NCBI GenBank assembly: GCA_963706575.1
Contig: CAVPNL010000001.1
Location: 128,001-192,000, forward strand
Direction: 5' to 3'
DNA from: an uncultured delta proteobacterium
GTDB lineage: Bacteria; Desulfobacterota; Desulfobacteria; Desulfobacterales; JAHEIW01
Length of the DNA: 64,000 bases
The translations under genes and the position numbers were made by a program. The notes beneath the pieces were generated by a model that was not told where the DNA came from, searched no databases, and saw nothing but the letters and a program-made list of their open reading frames with translations. Below are positions 30,164 through 40,069 of the stretch, piece after piece; the first letter of the stretch is position 1; every line of letters starts with the position of its first letter.

Positions 30164-31489
30164 ATGAGCACATCAAAAAGTTATGTCTTCGGGCGCGCCA
30201 AAGAAGGCGCGCTTCCTAAAGTTCACAAAGCTGAAGGTGTATGGATAGAAGATGACCGCGGAAATCGCTATCTGAATGCCAGCGGCGGCGCCGCCGTGAC
30301 GAATGTGGGGCATGGGCGTCGGGAAATTGCAGAAGCACTCCATCAACAGGTCCTACAGCATGACTATATTCACCCGACGGCTTTTGTCTCGCCGGTGGTC
30401 GAGGACCTGGCTGCCGCTCTGGCACGCCGCGCACCGGCGGGAATCGAACGGTTTTACTTTCTATCGGGTGGCGGCGAAGCGGTTGAGGCATCCATTAAGA
30501 TGGCCCGGCAGATCCATCTGGCAAATGGGCGGCCCGAGAGAATCCGGCTCATTTCCCGCTGGAAATCATATCACGGCTTGAGCCTGGGTGCCCTATCGGC
30601 CATGGGTCGCACCGCCTTCCGCGAGCCGTTTACACCCCTTCTGGGCGATGTTGTTCATATTCCACCGCCGTATTGTCTGCGCTGTTCTTACGGCCTGGCC
30701 TATCCCGGGTGCGAGCTGCGATGTGCGCTGGCCCTGGATGAAACCATCCAGAATGTTGGACCCAAGGTCGTTTCCGCTTTTATCGGCGAAACCGTCAGCG
30801 GTGCCTCACTGGGGGTCTATGCGCCTCCCGCGGGTTACTGGAAAGTCATCCGCGAGATATGTGATCGGTACGACGTATTATTGATTCAAGATGAAGTCAT
30901 GTGCGGATTGGGCCGCACCGGTCGCTGGTTCGCCAGTGAACATTACGACATCAGTCCCGACATCGTCATTTTAGGTAAGGGCCTGGGGGGCGGCGCGATC
31001 GCGCTCTCGGCCGCCGGGCTGCAGGCGGCGCACTTCGAAGCCTTACAGTCGGCTGGCGGTTTCGTGCACGGCGGCACGTACTCGCATCACCCGGTTGCCG
31101 CTGCTGTCGGACTGGCAACCATAAAAATTTTAGAAAAGGAAAATTTGATCGAGCGCGCAGATCGTATCGGTAATGTGCTTGGTGATAAATTAAAGAATAA
31201 ATTGTCCGGTTGCCCGCATGTCGCTGATGTTCGCGGTCTGGGCATGTTCTGGGGAGTGGAACTGGTCGAAGATAAAGATTCTCTTCGACCGTTCCCGCGT
31301 GAAGCGCAAATGGTAGAGCGCGTCTGGCAACGCGTATTTGACAAAGGCGTCATCGTTTACAAGGCCTTTGGCTTAGCCGGCAGTGATGGTGATGCCATCA
31401 TCATAGCCCCGGCCTTTACGATCACAGACAAAGACATCGATATTTTGGTCGATTCATTGGCACAGGGCTTAGAAGAAACCATCGAATGA
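30164..31489 (+). CDS. Class III PLP-dependent aminotransferase
   Basis: SGGGEAVE, SYHG, DEVMCGLGRTG, LGKGLGGG and HGGTYSHHP motifs. Confidence 0.93.
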   Translation: MSTSKSYVFGRAKEGALPKVHKAEGVWIEDDRGNRYLNASGGAAVTNVGHGRREIAEALHQQVLQHDYIHPTAFVSPVVEDLAAALARRAPAGIERFYFLSGGGEAVEASIKMARQIHLANGRPERIRLISRWKSYHGLSLGALSAMGRTAFREPFTPLLGDVVHIPPPYCLRCSYGLAYPGCELRCALALDETIQNVGPKVVSAFIGETVSGASLGVYAPPAGYWKVIREICDRYDVLLIQDEVMCGLGRTGRWFASEHYDISPDIVILGKGLGGGAIALSAAGLQAAHFEALQSAGGFVHGGTYSHHPVAAAVGLATIKILEKENLIERADRIGNVLGDKLKNKLSGCPHVADVRGLGMFWGVELVEDKDSLRPFPREAQMVERVWQRVFDKGVIVYKAFGLAGSDGDAIIIAPAFTITDKDIDILVDSLAQGLEETIE

Positions 31490-31538
31490 ATAAGGGTGGG
31501 CGCGTCCATCGGATGAAAATTAATGAAAAGGAGGTAAT

Positions 31539-33377
31539 ATGATGTACGGTTGGATGGGAAAAATTCTCAGGGTTAATTTGAGTAATGGTGAAATCAATGA
31601 AGAAGCACTGGACCCGCAGATTATCAGAGATTATGTCGGCGGCAGAGGTTTGGCCATCTATTACATGCTCAAAGAAGTGGACCCCAACTGTGATGCATTG
31701 GGCAAAGAAAACAAATTGATCATGACCGCCGGCCCCCTGACGGGTACCAAAGCTCCGACCGGTGGACGTTACATGGTCACCACCAAGTCTCCTTTGACAG
31801 GTGCCATCACCTGTTCGAATTCCGGGGGGAACTTTCCCGCTGAACTCAAAAAATCCGGATTTGATGCCATCATTGTCGAAGGCAGGGCGGCGGAACCGGT
31901 TTATCTTTGGATCGATGATGGCAAGGCAGAACTGAAACCTGCCGGGCACCTGTGGGGCAAGGATACGCACGAGACCGACGATGCCATCCGGGCCGAGACC
32001 GACAACAAGGCCAAAACCGCCGTCATCGGACCGGCTGGCGAAAAACTCGTACTTTTTGCCTCCATTATGAACGATCGGGACCGGGCCGCCGGAAGAGCCG
32101 GCGTCGGTGCCGTCATGGGAGCCAAAAAGCTCAAAGGAGTTGCGGTTCGCGGGACGAAAAAGGTTTCGCTGGCCAATGAAGAACGTTTTAATGAAATGAA
32201 TCAACTATACAGGGGACGGTTAAAGGAAGTAAAGAAGGCCGGTCCATACCCGCTGACCACGCACGGCACGGCGATTACGGTCGTGGCCACTCAGTCCCAC
32301 GGTGTCTTCCCCACCCGTAATTTCCAGACCGGCCAGTTCGAAGAATGGGAGGCCATTTACGGTGAAGCCCTGACCGAGAAATACCTGGTTAAAGCAAAGC
32401 CGTGCTTTAGTTGCCCGATAGCATGTGGCCGGGTAACAAAGGTTCCCGACGGTCCCTATCAAGGCGAAGGTGAGGGGCCGGAATATGAAACGGTTTATTC
32501 ACTGGGGTCCGATGTCGGCGTCGGTGACCTGGCGGCGCTCACCAAGGCCAATTACCTGTGCAATGAGCTGGGTCTGGATACGATCAGTATGGGTTCTACC
32601 ATCGCCTGTGCCATGGAGCTATTCGAAAAGGGGCATCTTCCCGAATCCGACATCGGTTTTCCCTTGGCGTGGGGGGATGGAGAAGCCCTGGTTAAATTAA
32701 CCCGGCAAACCGGTATGCGTGAAGGTTTCGGTGATACTCTGGCGGAGGGCAGCTTGCGAGTGGCAACCCGCTACGGACACCCGGAGTTTGCCATGGTTTC
32801 CAAGGGGCTGGATCTCCCCGGCTATGATCCTCGCGGTACACAGGGTTTAGGCCTGAATTATGCCACCTCACCCATCGGGGCTTCGCACATGAGAGGAGAT
32901 ACGCCCTATTGTGAACTTCTGGGAGTACCGGTCAAAATTGATGGGCTGACCTGGGCGGATAAACCGCCGATCGTGGTCAAATGGCAAAATGTATTTTCCC
33001 TGATAGACGCTGCCGGTTTATGTGTGTTTTTCAGCATCCGATATTTGTGTGATCCGACGCTTGAGATTCGCCCCGAAGGTATTATGAACCTTCTTAATGC
33101 GGCCACCGGAGCAGACTACGCGCTTGACGAATTGGAGAAAATCGGTGATCGCATTTTAAATGCCGAACGGTTGTTCCTGCTGCGAGCCGGTTTCGATCGT
33201 CGCCAGGACAGCTTGCCGGCCCGCTTTACGGAGACACCCATGCCCGATGGGCCTGCCAAGGGCGTGGTCTGTCATCTGGATGAAATGCTCGAACAATATT
33301 ATCAGATTCGTGGTTGGTCAGAGGATGGTCTTCCGACCGAGGATAGGCTCAAGGAGCTTGGCCTTGATGGGATGTGA
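31539..33377 (+). CDS. aor: Tungsten-dependent aldehyde:ferredoxin oxidoreductase
   Basis: GWMGKILRVNLS, KSPLTG, GRAGVGAVMGAKKLK, CFSCPIACGR, EYET and GLDTIS motifs. Confidence 0.95.
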   Translation: MMYGWMGKILRVNLSNGEINEEALDPQIIRDYVGGRGLAIYYMLKEVDPNCDALGKENKLIMTAGPLTGTKAPTGGRYMVTTKSPLTGAITCSNSGGNFPAELKKSGFDAIIVEGRAAEPVYLWIDDGKAELKPAGHLWGKDTHETDDAIRAETDNKAKTAVIGPAGEKLVLFASIMNDRDRAAGRAGVGAVMGAKKLKGVAVRGTKKVSLANEERFNEMNQLYRGRLKEVKKAGPYPLTTHGTAITVVATQSHGVFPTRNFQTGQFEEWEAIYGEALTEKYLVKAKPCFSCPIACGRVTKVPDGPYQGEGEGPEYETVYSLGSDVGVGDLAALTKANYLCNELGLDTISMGSTIACAMELFEKGHLPESDIGFPLAWGDGEALVKLTRQTGMREGFGDTLAEGSLRVATRYGHPEFAMVSKGLDLPGYDPRGTQGLGLNYATSPIGASHMRGDTPYCELLGVPVKIDGLTWADKPPIVVKWQNVFSLIDAAGLCVFFSIRYLCDPTLEIRPEGIMNLLNAATGADYALDELEKIGDRILNAERLFLLRAGFDRRQDSLPARFTETPMPDGPAKGVVCHLDEMLEQYYQIRGWSEDGLPTEDRLKELGLDGM

Positions 33378-33388
33378 GGCGCAATAGA

Positions 33389-33622
33389 ATGAAAGTGCAC
33401 GTTGACTTATACGTCAATTTAAAAAAGTACGCACCCGCACAGGACAGTTCATTTGAAATCCAACTTGAATCCGGTGCCACCGTTAAAACTGTTTTAAAAG
33501 TTCTCAAAATCCCTGCTGAAGAGAAGGCGGTTGTACTGGTTAATGGGCGTAATGCGAATGAATCCGATCCTTTGAAAGAAACAGATAGCATAACGCTATA
33601 TTCCCCAATTTCAGGCGGATAG
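33389..33622 (+). CDS. MoaD/ThiS family sulfur carrier
   Basis: LVNG motif and C-terminal PISGG; follows aor. Confidence 0.9.
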   Translation: MKVHVDLYVNLKKYAPAQDSSFEIQLESGATVKTVLKVLKIPAEEKAVVLVNGRNANESDPLKETDSITLYSPISGG

Positions 33623-33697
33623 CCTAGAACACCGAATGTATTGCTGCAAGTTTTTATAGGTTGGAAATCAAACGGTTAAACAAGGAAACAAAAGCAT

Positions 33698-34009
33698 ATG
33701 TCCAGGAATGAAAGAAGAATTTATCGGGGTGTCGAAAGAGGGCAGCCGTTTGAAATAGAGGTGGATGGCGAAAATATTGTTGCCTACGATGGCGAGACCA
33801 TCGGGGCAGCGCTGCTGGCCGCCGGTCGCAGAACGCTGCGCTTTACGAATAAACTCGAGCAGCCCAGGGGGCTTTATTGCGGTATCGGATTGTGCCAGGA
33901 GTGCCGCATGACGGTAAACGGCATCCCCAATACGCAGGCCTGCCAGACCCTTGCGACCCCCGGATGCCGGGTTGAAACCCAGAAAAATTTTAAAAAACGG
34001 GAATCTTGA
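33698..34009 (+). CDS. 2Fe-2S subunit (HcnA/SoxA N-terminal-like)
   Basis: GETIGAALLAAG and RGLYCGIGLCQEC..AC motifs. Confidence 0.9.
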   Translation: MSRNERRIYRGVERGQPFEIEVDGENIVAYDGETIGAALLAAGRRTLRFTNKLEQPRGLYCGIGLCQECRMTVNGIPNTQACQTLATPGCRVETQKNFKKRES

Positions 34010-34012
34010 AAA

Positions 34013-35455
34013 TTGAAAGAATCTGATTTTGTCATTATCGGCGGTGGGCCTGGCGGTGTGGCAGCCGCGATTAAAGCCGCCCAGGCCGGGGTTAACGTAA
34101 CGCTGCTGGATGAAAACGAGCGGCCGGGGGGGCAGGTTTTTCGGCAGCTCGAAAAAGGCTTCAAGTTGGTCGAGCGCGACGCCCTGGGCCCGGATTTTAA
34201 GGAAGGGCAGGAATTGCTGCATCAATTCAATTCGCTGCAAGATAAAATCCGGTATCTGAACAATACCCTGGTGTGGGGGATATTTGAAGACCGCACTCTT
34301 GCATTGGCGCGTAACGATACCGCATCCAGTCTGGGCTTCAAGCAGCTTCTGGTGGCAACAGGCGCTTATGATCGGCCGGTTCCCTTTCCGGGTTGGACGC
34401 TTCCCGGCGTTTTCACCGCCGGTGGCGCTCAGAAGCTCGTCAAATCAGAACGCGTGCTTCCCGGGGAAAACATCCTTCTGGCGGGTACGGGTCCGTTACA
34501 ACTGGTTCTGGCAGACCAGATTCTCAAAGCCGGTGGTAAGATCGAGGCCATATTGGAAGCCGGTACGATTGGCAGGAATTGGCTCCAGGGGCTTAAAGGG
34601 ATATGGGGCAACTGGGATTTTTTGAAGGAAGGTCTGCGATATTTGCGCAGCATCCAAAAAGCCGGTGTTCCCCTGCTGCGAAGCCATATCATCCTTGAAG
34701 CCCGTGGCGACGGACAGGTCGAAGAGGCGGTGGTTGCAAAGGTGGATAAAAACTGGAGACCCAGGCTCAACACCGCGCGCAGCGTTAAAGTGGACACCAT
34801 CTGTTTGGGATACGGCCTGGTGTCTTCCACCGAGCTGACCATGCTGGCGGAATGTGAACATAAATATGACCTAAGACAGGGCGGCTACATTCCCCTGCGT
34901 AAGGCGAACATGGAAACGAGCGTGCCGGGCATCTATGCCGTTGGCGATGGCGCCGGCGTGGCCGGCAGAAAAGTCGCCATCGAAGAAGGCCGTATTGCCG
35001 GACTATCTGTGGCCGGCGCCTTGGGTCATATTTCGGAGGCAGCTGCCGGGGAGAAAATAAAGCCTTACCGAAAAAGGTTAAATAAAATAAATCGATTCCG
35101 AAAGATACTGGATGACATCAGCTTACCGCGCGCGGGCCTTTACGAACTGGCAACCGATGACACCGTCATCTGCCGCTGTGAAGAGGTAACCCTCAAGCAA
35201 TTAAAAGCGGCTCTGGCCGATGACACGATTCAGATGAAAGACTTTAAACGCATGACCCGTATGGGCATGGGACCCTGTGAGGGGCGCATGTGCGGGCCTT
35301 CTATGATTGAAATGATCAGGCATCGGCTAAATGCCGCCGCTGAAGATGTTGGGTGTTTGAAACCCCGGCCATCGATCAAGCCGGTTGCCCTCGGCGTTCT
35401 GGCGGCAAACAAAACAATGTCTATGGTGTCAGGGAAAATAAAGACTGAGTGCTGA
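34013..35455 (+). CDS. FAD/NAD(P) oxidoreductase with BFD-like C-terminus (HcnB/OoxA-like)
   Basis: GGGPGG, ATGAYDRPVPFPGWTLPGV and ICRCEEV..GMGPCEGRMC motifs. Confidence 0.9.
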   Translation: MKESDFVIIGGGPGGVAAAIKAAQAGVNVTLLDENERPGGQVFRQLEKGFKLVERDALGPDFKEGQELLHQFNSLQDKIRYLNNTLVWGIFEDRTLALARNDTASSLGFKQLLVATGAYDRPVPFPGWTLPGVFTAGGAQKLVKSERVLPGENILLAGTGPLQLVLADQILKAGGKIEAILEAGTIGRNWLQGLKGIWGNWDFLKEGLRYLRSIQKAGVPLLRSHIILEARGDGQVEEAVVAKVDKNWRPRLNTARSVKVDTICLGYGLVSSTELTMLAECEHKYDLRQGGYIPLRKANMETSVPGIYAVGDGAGVAGRKVAIEEGRIAGLSVAGALGHISEAAAGEKIKPYRKRLNKINRFRKILDDISLPRAGLYELATDDTVICRCEEVTLKQLKAALADDTIQMKDFKRMTRMGMGPCEGRMCGPSMIEMIRHRLNAAAEDVGCLKPRPSIKPVALGVLAANKTMSMVSGKIKTEC

Positions 35456-35627
35456 GGACTGGGGACTGAGCAAAAAAAGCCTGCTTGGCGACTGACCATT
35501 TCAACATGAAGTGTCGGTTTCCGTCATGAATGGTCCTCCTGGGACCATGAGCTGTCGTTTTCCGTCATGGCAAGGCCATTTTCGCCTCTTTCTATTTCGA
35601 TATACCTCAGTCCTCAGCACTCAGTCC
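35443..35627. repeat. Inverted array of 7-nt units (GACTGAG / CTCAGTC) with an internal 24-bp direct repeat
   Basis: GACTGAGTGCTGAGGACTG ... CTCAGTCCTCAGCACTCAGTC; core has CATGA..TGTCG.TTTCCGTCATG twice. Confidence 0.78.
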
Positions 35628-35698
35628 TGCTGATCTCTGATAACTTTAATCTTAATAGATTTAATTATCCATGTGACGCAATAAACAGAGGATACGAC

Positions 35699-36847
35699 AT
35701 GGTTCCTCAAGAAGCTGAAGTCGTCGTTATCGGCGGTGGCGTAGTGGGTTCATCGGTTGCCTATTTTTTAGCCCGGGCCGGGAAAAATGTTGTTCTGGTC
35801 GAAAAAGGTTGCAAAGCAGGGGAGGCATCTGCAGCCAATGCCGCCTTTGTCTGGTCCATAACCAGAAAGGCCGGTATTGATATCAGACTGGCCATGCACA
35901 GTTTTAATATCCACCGGCAGCTTAAAACAGAGCTGGAAATGGATTTTGAGTACGTGCAGGGCGGCGGGTTGATGATTATCGAAGACGAAACGCAACTTCC
36001 TTTTGTAGAAGCGCATCTCCAGAAAAGATCAGAAGACGGATATCCGCTGGAAATGATTGATGCCCGGCAGGTTTTGGAATTAGAACCCCAGCTTGCAAAG
36101 GAAAGGGTCTTCGGTGGGGTTTATAGCCCGATTGATGGTAAAACCAATCCCATTTTTCTGGTCATTGCCTTAAACCTGGAAGCTCAAAAGCTCGGGGCAC
36201 AGCTTTTTCATTATACCGAGGTCAAGGGAATTGAGGTTGCCGGTGGGAAAGTCAAAGGGGTTATGACCGATAAAGGCACGATCAAAACCAACACGGTAGT
36301 AAATGCCGCCGGGAGCTGGGGGTGTTTCATTGGTGACATGGTCGGAATTAAGGTGCCGGTTTCTCCCTTCCAACTGGCCATGCTGGTTACGGAGCAGTTG
36401 CCGCCGACCGTTTCACATGTGATTATGGGCGCCTCTTATATGGTTGAGGAAGATAGCGGCAAAGAAGGAGGATTGGGATGTGGCCTCGTTATGAGCCAGC
36501 AGACCGCCGGAAATCTTTTGATCGGTGCGAGCTGGCGCAATACGGGTTACGATAAAAGAACCATCCAGGAGGAGATCGAGCTAATGGCAAGGGTAAATGT
36601 CAGGGCCATGCCGATGCTCAAAACCGTCCGGATCATTCGTTCCTATGCCAATTTTTTCCCCAATACTGCGGATGATCTGCCTATTTTGGGCAAGGTCGAT
36701 GGTGTCGAGGGATTTATTATGGCATGTGGCCATTGCGGGCATGGGATCGGTATGGGGCCCGGCTCTGGCAAACTGATTCAGGAACTGATTTGCGATGGCA
36801 AAACCACTATCCCGCTGGATGAATTGAACCTTTCTCGATTTAATTAA
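35699..36847 (+). CDS. FAD-dependent amino acid oxidoreductase (HcnC/DadA/SoxB-like)
   Basis: GGGVVG, VNAAGSW and GHCGHGIGMGP motifs; AGAGG RBS before the ATG at 35699. Confidence 0.9.
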   Translation: MVPQEAEVVVIGGGVVGSSVAYFLARAGKNVVLVEKGCKAGEASAANAAFVWSITRKAGIDIRLAMHSFNIHRQLKTELEMDFEYVQGGGLMIIEDETQLPFVEAHLQKRSEDGYPLEMIDARQVLELEPQLAKERVFGGVYSPIDGKTNPIFLVIALNLEAQKLGAQLFHYTEVKGIEVAGGKVKGVMTDKGTIKTNTVVNAAGSWGCFIGDMVGIKVPVSPFQLAMLVTEQLPPTVSHVIMGASYMVEEDSGKEGGLGCGLVMSQQTAGNLLIGASWRNTGYDKRTIQEEIELMARVNVRAMPMLKTVRIIRSYANFFPNTADDLPILGKVDGVEGFIMACGHCGHGIGMGPGSGKLIQELICDGKTTIPLDELNLSRFN

Positions 36848-36891
36848 AATATTTCAGCCGAACTCTCAAATAATTGAAGGAGGATGTTGCG

Positions 36892-37560
36892 ATGGTTACG
36901 GAAGCTCCAGAACAGGGTCTTGAGCAAAAAGCAAAGGAGGCAATTATTACGCTAAATAAGGCTGCGGCAATTCAGATTGCGGAACGAGCATCATCTGAAA
37001 TGGAAGCAGCGGAATTGGTGGGCTTAATCGAGGGCGGCTTCAAAGCGGGTATTATGGTTGTGGGTGACCGGTTTGGCAAGGGGGATATGTTTTTGCCGGA
37101 ACTGGTGGCGGCAGCCGAGATTATGAAAAGTTCGCTGGCGATCCTGGAGCCCAAACTGCGTGAAGGTCAGGTCACGCAAGAGCCGTTGGGGAAGATTGTC
37201 ATTGCAACTGTAAAGGGTGATTTGCATGATATCGGAAAGACGATGGTATCCAGTTTGCTGATGGCCAACGGGTTTGAAGTGATCGACCTCGGAATCGACG
37301 TGGCCACGCCGAATATCATTGAGGCCGCCAGAAAGAATCAGGCGGACATGATATGTCTTTCGGCCTTATTGACGACGACGATTCTTGCTCAAAAGGAAGT
37401 CGTAGACGCTTTAAAGGAAATGGGCCATAGAGAAGACTTCAAGGTGATGATCGGTGGCGCCGCCTCATCTAAAAATTGGGCGCAGGAAATCGGCGCAGAT
37501 GCATATGGCGCCGATGCCCAGGAAGCAACTGAAATCGCTATCGATCTATTAACAAAATAA
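36892..37560 (+). CDS. Corrinoid methyltransferase cognate protein (MtbC/MttC-like)
   Basis: GDLHDIGK B12-binding motif; FLPEL, SALLTTT and IGGA motifs. Confidence 0.95.
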   Translation: MVTEAPEQGLEQKAKEAIITLNKAAAIQIAERASSEMEAAELVGLIEGGFKAGIMVVGDRFGKGDMFLPELVAAAEIMKSSLAILEPKLREGQVTQEPLGKIVIATVKGDLHDIGKTMVSSLLMANGFEVIDLGIDVATPNIIEAARKNQADMICLSALLTTTILAQKEVVDALKEMGHREDFKVMIGGAASSKNWAQEIGADAYGADAQEATEIAIDLLTK

Positions 37561-37573
37561 AGGAGGCTTGATT

Positions 37574-39055
37574 ATGCAAACGGCAGTACCCAAAATGGAC
37601 TTACTGGACACCGCAGCGAAAGAGCGCATCCATGAAGCCTCGCTCTCGATTCTGGAAGAAACCGGCATTCAAATCGATTCGGAAATGGTCGCCAACACCC
37701 TGCAGGAGTACGACATTCCATGTGAAGTTACCGGCAAGCAAGGCGACCGGACCTTGTGGCGTGTCAAGTTTGACAGGGATACCATCACGCAATCGTTGAA
37801 GACAGCCCCCAAAGCCTTTACCCTCGGCGGCAGAGATACGAAACATGATCTTTATCTGGACGGAAAAGGATCACCGGACTCTGTTTATTACGGCACGCTG
37901 GGCAGTGCCCCGGTGGTGCACGACATTGAAACCGGTGAGAGACGACTCGGAACCTTAAAGGATCTGATTCAGTTTGCACGTTTGACCCAGCAACTGGAAC
38001 ATCTGGATTTTTTCCATGTATCCGTAATGCCCTCGGATGTTCCGAATTCCGTCGTGGAATTATACCGCTGGAAGGCAACATTTGAAAACACCGCCAAACA
38101 TTCCATAACTGCTGCATCCTATGACGCGAAGAATTTGCCTTACTTGCTGGAGATGGCCGCCGTGGTGCAGGGCGGCGAAGATGAGCTGCGTCGCCGGCCG
38201 ATTTTTACCGCTACCGAGTGTCCGATTGCACCGCTGTTTTTTGCCGAGCGATCGGCTGAGAACATGGTTGGGTTGGCTCGCGCGGGCCTGCCGGTTATCA
38301 TCTATTCGGAGCCTTTTGCCGGTGCTTCTTCACCGGTCACCTTGGCCGGTACCCTACTGGTAACCAACGCCGAACAGCTGGCCGGGATCGCACTGACCCA
38401 GATTGCAAATCCGGGGGCGCCGGTCATTTACGGTGGCGTTTCAACGACTATGGATATTCGAAGCGGAAACATTTCTTTCGGCTCACCCGAGACGGGCCTG
38501 CTGAATGTGGCCACCACCGAAATGGCAAGATTTTATGAAATGCCGAAAGAAGGCAGTGGCGGCAGAACCGATTCAAAACTGGTGGATTGTCAGGCCGGGT
38601 TCGAAAAACAGGGCAATCTGTTGCTGGCGGTTCTGGCCGGCGCGAATCTGAACAATTGCGCCGGAACGCTTGAGAGCAATTATGCGGTCAGCCTTGCTCA
38701 ATTGGTCATCGATGACGATATCGCCAAGCGCACCAAACGAATCCTGGCGGGTATTACGCTGAATGAAGAAACGCTGGCCGTCGATCTGATTAAAGAGATC
38801 GGGCCGGGAGGGCAGTATTTAGGTAACCAGCATACCCTGGCTCACATGCGCCAGGAGCTGTGTCTCTCGGATTTATGCAGTAAGGGAACTTATGAAGACT
38901 GGGCCAAGAAGGGAAGTTTAAGTCTTGAGCAAATGGCACAGAAGAAAGCGCTTGAACTTTTAAACGTTTCAGAACCGGCAAGTTTAGAACCGGCCGTCGT
39001 CAAAGAGCTGGAGAAAATATTGAAAAGTGCGGAGAAGGCGCATGGCCTAACCTGA
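37574..39055 (+). CDS. Trimethylamine methyltransferase (MttB superfamily), non-pyrrolysine
   Basis: GASSPVTLAG..NAE.LAG, PGAPVIYG, GSPE and TDSKLVDCQAGFEK motifs; no in-frame TAG. Confidence 0.92.
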   Translation: MQTAVPKMDLLDTAAKERIHEASLSILEETGIQIDSEMVANTLQEYDIPCEVTGKQGDRTLWRVKFDRDTITQSLKTAPKAFTLGGRDTKHDLYLDGKGSPDSVYYGTLGSAPVVHDIETGERRLGTLKDLIQFARLTQQLEHLDFFHVSVMPSDVPNSVVELYRWKATFENTAKHSITAASYDAKNLPYLLEMAAVVQGGEDELRRRPIFTATECPIAPLFFAERSAENMVGLARAGLPVIIYSEPFAGASSPVTLAGTLLVTNAEQLAGIALTQIANPGAPVIYGGVSTTMDIRSGNISFGSPETGLLNVATTEMARFYEMPKEGSGGRTDSKLVDCQAGFEKQGNLLLAVLAGANLNNCAGTLESNYAVSLAQLVIDDDIAKRTKRILAGITLNEETLAVDLIKEIGPGGQYLGNQHTLAHMRQELCLSDLCSKGTYEDWAKKGSLSLEQMAQKKALELLNVSEPASLEPAVVKELEKILKSAEKAHGLT

Positions 39056-39121
39056 CACCCTAATCTGCATGAAAATAGATGAGAATCTAATTATCGCGAT
39101 GATGAAAGGATAATATCTAAT

Positions 39122-39958
39122 ATGGAAAAATTGATTATAACGGTCGCACCCACGGGATCCATTCCCAAAAAAAAGGACACGCCGCATGTTCCCGTAACGA
39201 TTGAAGAGATCGTAACCTGTGCCCTTCGCTGTGAGAATCAAGGGGCGTCAATTGTCCATATCCACATTCGAGATGAAGACGAAAATCCTTCGGATGATCC
39301 CCAGATTTTCCATGAGATCGTCAATCGGATTCGAGAGCGGTCCAATTTGATTATCCAGGTTTCAACAGGGGGAAGGGCAGGGACCGATTTGGAAAGCCGC
39401 ATTCAACGTCTGCAAATGCGTCCCGAGATGGCAAGTTTGACAACGGGTTCGGTGAATTTTCGCAATTCGGCCTATGTCAATCCGCCGGACTTGATTGAAG
39501 CACTGGCCATAGAGATGCATCGTCTTGAGATCAAACCGGAAATGGAAATATTTGATTTAAGCATGGTTAACAATGCGGTCGCATTGGCAGATCGGAGCCT
39601 GGCGGATCGACCGCTGCACTTCAACTTTGTGATGGGTCTGGGCGGGGCGATGCCCGCAAGAATAGAGCATTTGGTCCACCTGTCCACCGGATTGCCTGCA
39701 GATAGTACATGGACGGTCTCGGGCATTGGGGCTGCCCAACTAAGAATGAACCTTCATGCTGTGATGATGGGGGGACATGTGAGAGTGGGTTTGGAGGATA
39801 ACATCTATTATAAGAAAGGAGAATTGGCGACCAACGAAAGGCTTGTCGAAAGGATCGTCCGTTTGAGTAAGGAACTGGGAAGGGAAGTGGCCACACCGGA
39901 TGAGGCCCGCAAAATCCTGGGATTGGTTCCAAATAAGAATGATAAGGAGAATGGGTGA
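39122..39958 (+). CDS. Beta-keto acid cleavage enzyme (BKACE/DUF849, Kce-like)
   Basis: LIITVAPTG, GASIVHIHIRD, STGG and GGHVRVGLEDN motifs. Confidence 0.92.
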   Translation: MEKLIITVAPTGSIPKKKDTPHVPVTIEEIVTCALRCENQGASIVHIHIRDEDENPSDDPQIFHEIVNRIRERSNLIIQVSTGGRAGTDLESRIQRLQMRPEMASLTTGSVNFRNSAYVNPPDLIEALAIEMHRLEIKPEMEIFDLSMVNNAVALADRSLADRPLHFNFVMGLGGAMPARIEHLVHLSTGLPADSTWTVSGIGAAQLRMNLHAVMMGGHVRVGLEDNIYYKKGELATNERLVERIVRLSKELGREVATPDEARKILGLVPNKNDKENG

Positions 39959-40069
39959 TCGCACGGTGGGCGCCATGAATGACCGGCTCGTTCTTACCGC
40001 GTCGCCTGGACGATTTTTTCCTGAAAGGGTACCCGACGCATTCGAATCGCGCAAAAGGAGGATGATATT

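Noticed and set aside
33698..36847. Hydrogen cyanide synthase hcnABC
   Set aside because: The same architecture is shared by opine, proline and D-amino acid dehydrogenases, and the catabolic context favours those.
8542..39055. Pyrrolysine recoding in the two MttB genes
   Set aside because: Both ORFs are uninterrupted, with no in-frame TAG.
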